Shown piece after piece: positions 61,501 through 64,000 of a stretch of DNA of 64,000 nucleotides. The notes beneath the pieces are model-generated. The model was not told the origin of the DNA. It saw only the letters and a list, made by a program, of their open reading frames with translations, and ran no database searches. Origin of the DNA: Octopus sinensis (lineage: Eukaryota); the NCBI RefSeq assembly GCF_006345805.1, contig NC_043007.1, forward strand, positions 72,292,001-72,356,000. The letters are read 5' to 3'. Each line of letters starts with the position of its first letter. The first letter of the stretch is position 1. Position numbers and translations under genes: made by a program.

Positions 61501-62269
61501 AGTTATGCGACTGATCTACGACTTTTGAGAACCAAAATAACTTTACAATGGACCAAATATTTGTCCGACCTGTTATAATTGTCGCTACTACTGGTACTAC
61601 TTCTAGTATTTTTACTCTTGTGGATTCATTTTCCTATTTCCTTTCATATCTTTTTGTTTTTCTCATTTTTTATTTCCTTTCCTTCTCCTGCACCATCATC
61701 ATCATAATCATTATTCTCACCACCACAAAAGCTGCCGCCACCACCACCACTACCACTGCTTTTGGTGCGGCTGATGGTAGTACGAGTGGAACGGCCCTAG
61801 ATTTGTATAAAAATCGGCTTTAAATTTTGCCTCAAGGCCAGCAATTTTGGGGGAAGGGAGTCAATCGATTTACATCGACTCCAGTTCTCAGATGATATTT
61901 ATTTTATCGACCCCGAAAGGGTGAAATGCAAAGCCGATCTCGGAGGAATTTGAACTCAAGACTAGTATATAATAATTGCCACATTGTATCGTGAGCCCTT
62001 ATATATAACGGGTATTTTTTTTTTATACGTATTACTGGTGAAGACTGATTTAATTGGAAAAAGTTGTGCGATTCGACGTTATTATTTGTGTTACATTTGG
62101 GTCGAGGAATTGGAATCGGAGAACCCCCCCAAAAAAATTATAAATAAATAAATAACATTCTTTTAGTTTTCTATTGGCTTTAGTCATTGTATTTATTCTG
62201 TGGAACCGTGCCTCCAAACGTTTCGAAAGTCAAAGAGACGGATCTAATTGACTCTCCACTTGCATGGGA

Positions 62270-62713
62270 CTCACCATAAAATCTCACTTGGGCAAGTGTC
62301 TTCTACTGTAGCCTCGGGCTGACCAAAGCCTTGTGAGTGGATTTGGTAGACGGAAACTGAAAGAAGCCCGTCGTATATATGTATATATATATGCATGTGT
62401 GTATATGTTTGTGTGTCTGTGTTTGTCCGCCCTAACATCGCTTGACAACCGATGCTGGTGTGTTTACGTCCCCGTAACTTAGCGGTTCGGCAAAAGTGAC
62501 CCATAGAATAAGTACCAGGTTTACAAAGAATAAGTCCTGGGGTCGATTTGCTCGACTAAAGGCGGTGCTCAGGCATGGCCACAGTCACATGTGTGAAACA
62601 AGTAAAAGAGTAAAAGAGTAAAGAGTAAACTTAACTCCATACATAGACATAGATAGATAGATACATACATACATACATACATACATACATACATACATAC
62701 ATACATACATACA

Positions 62714-62745
<32 letters not shown>

Positions 62746-63160
62746 AGGTGTGGCTGTGTGGCAAGAAGTTTGATTCCCAACCACTTGGTTCCAGGTTCTG
62801 TCTCACTGTGTGACACCTTGGCAGGTGTGTTCCAGTATAGCCCCGGGCCGATCAATTCCTTGTGAGTAGATTTGGTTGACAGAAACTGAATATATATAAG
62901 TGTGTGTGTGTGGGGGGGGGGGGTGTTTGTATTTGTGTGTGCATGCGTGTGTGTCGTTGTATCTGTGTTTGTCCTCTCCATCTCTTGACAACCGTGTTTA
63001 TGCCACCGTAACTTAGCGGCTCAGCAAAAGAATCCGATAGAATAAGTACCGGGCTTTAAAAAAATTAAGTATGTGGATCAATTAATTCGACGAAAATTCC
63101 TCGAGTGGTGTCCCAGCATGGCTGCAGTCTAAGGACTGAAACAAATAAAAGATAAAAAAG
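62270..63160 (+). mobile_element. Two SINE family A copies separated by (TACA)n
   Basis: Body and tail at 62290-62620 and a diverged full copy at 62745-63160. Confidence 0.8.
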
Positions 63161-63165
63161 GTATA

Positions 63166-63212
<47 letters not shown>

Positions 63213-64000
63213 ACACACACACATACACGCATGTAAATATGTATGTATGTATAACATTCATTAATATATTCGTATTTCAGTGCTCATTTTTATGTTTGAC
63301 GTATATTAACACACATACACTCACACACACAACACTCACACACACACACACACACAACTCCCTCTCTCTCTCACACACACTCATACAATTACGCACACAC
63401 ACACACATTAACCTCTGATTTCGATCAGCTGTGCTTCTAGCTTCAGAGTTAATGAACCAATACATGCAAACTCACGAAAGTCTGTTCTCTAGGAACGGTT
63501 CCGTTGAAAAGAAAAAAACCCTGAAGTTTCGCGTTACGACTCCTCAACGGAATATACTCAAATACATTTAAATGGCCTCCTGAGAGAGTCGTGCTTATAT
63601 TTGACTTCATATCGTAAGTAGGATTATGGTGGCAATATTGTAAGTCGTGCTGTGGTTATTCGGTGTAAAAAAAAATCCAGTAGAATTACAATTGGCTGCA
63701 AACAGAGGGAAACAGTTGTTAGGCTTCGTTATAGAATATGTACAGGGTAGAGGAGAAAAGGTGTAGAAACACTAAGAGAAATGTCATCAAAAAGGTGCTT
63801 TCTGTATTTATTGGTTTTAAATATAGTGACTTTTATCTTTATGGTCAGAGAGCAGACTTCATACCATACACCCACACCATGTTTCTTTTTTCTTTTTTTT
63901 TTTTTTCATAGAATGGTGTTCGTCTTCTTGCATTTATGTTTAAAGGTTCTTTATTTCTTTATAAATATTACTTGTGTAAATTAATGTAGATTTGTTTGTT

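Overview
Eukaryotic, AT-rich, repeat-saturated DNA. The tRNA-derived SINE families and dense (TA)n/(CA)n/(TACA)n microsatellites point to an octopus (coleoid cephalopod) genome; this is inferred from pattern recognition, not a search. No host protein-coding gene could be assembled with confidence. Most six-frame ORFs are microsatellite read-throughs. Main result: three non-autonomous retroelements, E1 (7043-9088, -), E2 (22383-23847, +) and E3 (about 23865-25782, +). Each encodes only a Tx1/L1-type ORF1 (RRM-like region plus CCHC knuckle) and no reverse transcriptase. All sit at the same site (TGTGTGGT^AAGTAGCTTGCTT) between the A and B boxes of the tRNA-like head of one SINE family. E1 and E2 have 16- and 13-bp target-site duplications (TSDs) starting at the identical base; E3 has lost its right TSD. 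The 3' tails of E1 and E2 match both a 5'-truncated Tx1-like LINE (3776-4315) and the tail of a second abundant SINE, suggesting one LINE machinery serves all three. The window also holds three near-canonical minimal type I hammerhead ribozymes (one inside a tRNA-headed SINE) plus a degenerate one. Other content: CR1-, RTE- and R4/Dong-type LINE fragments, Helitron-like and fold-back elements, and several long hairpins. SINE family letters A-E are my own labels.
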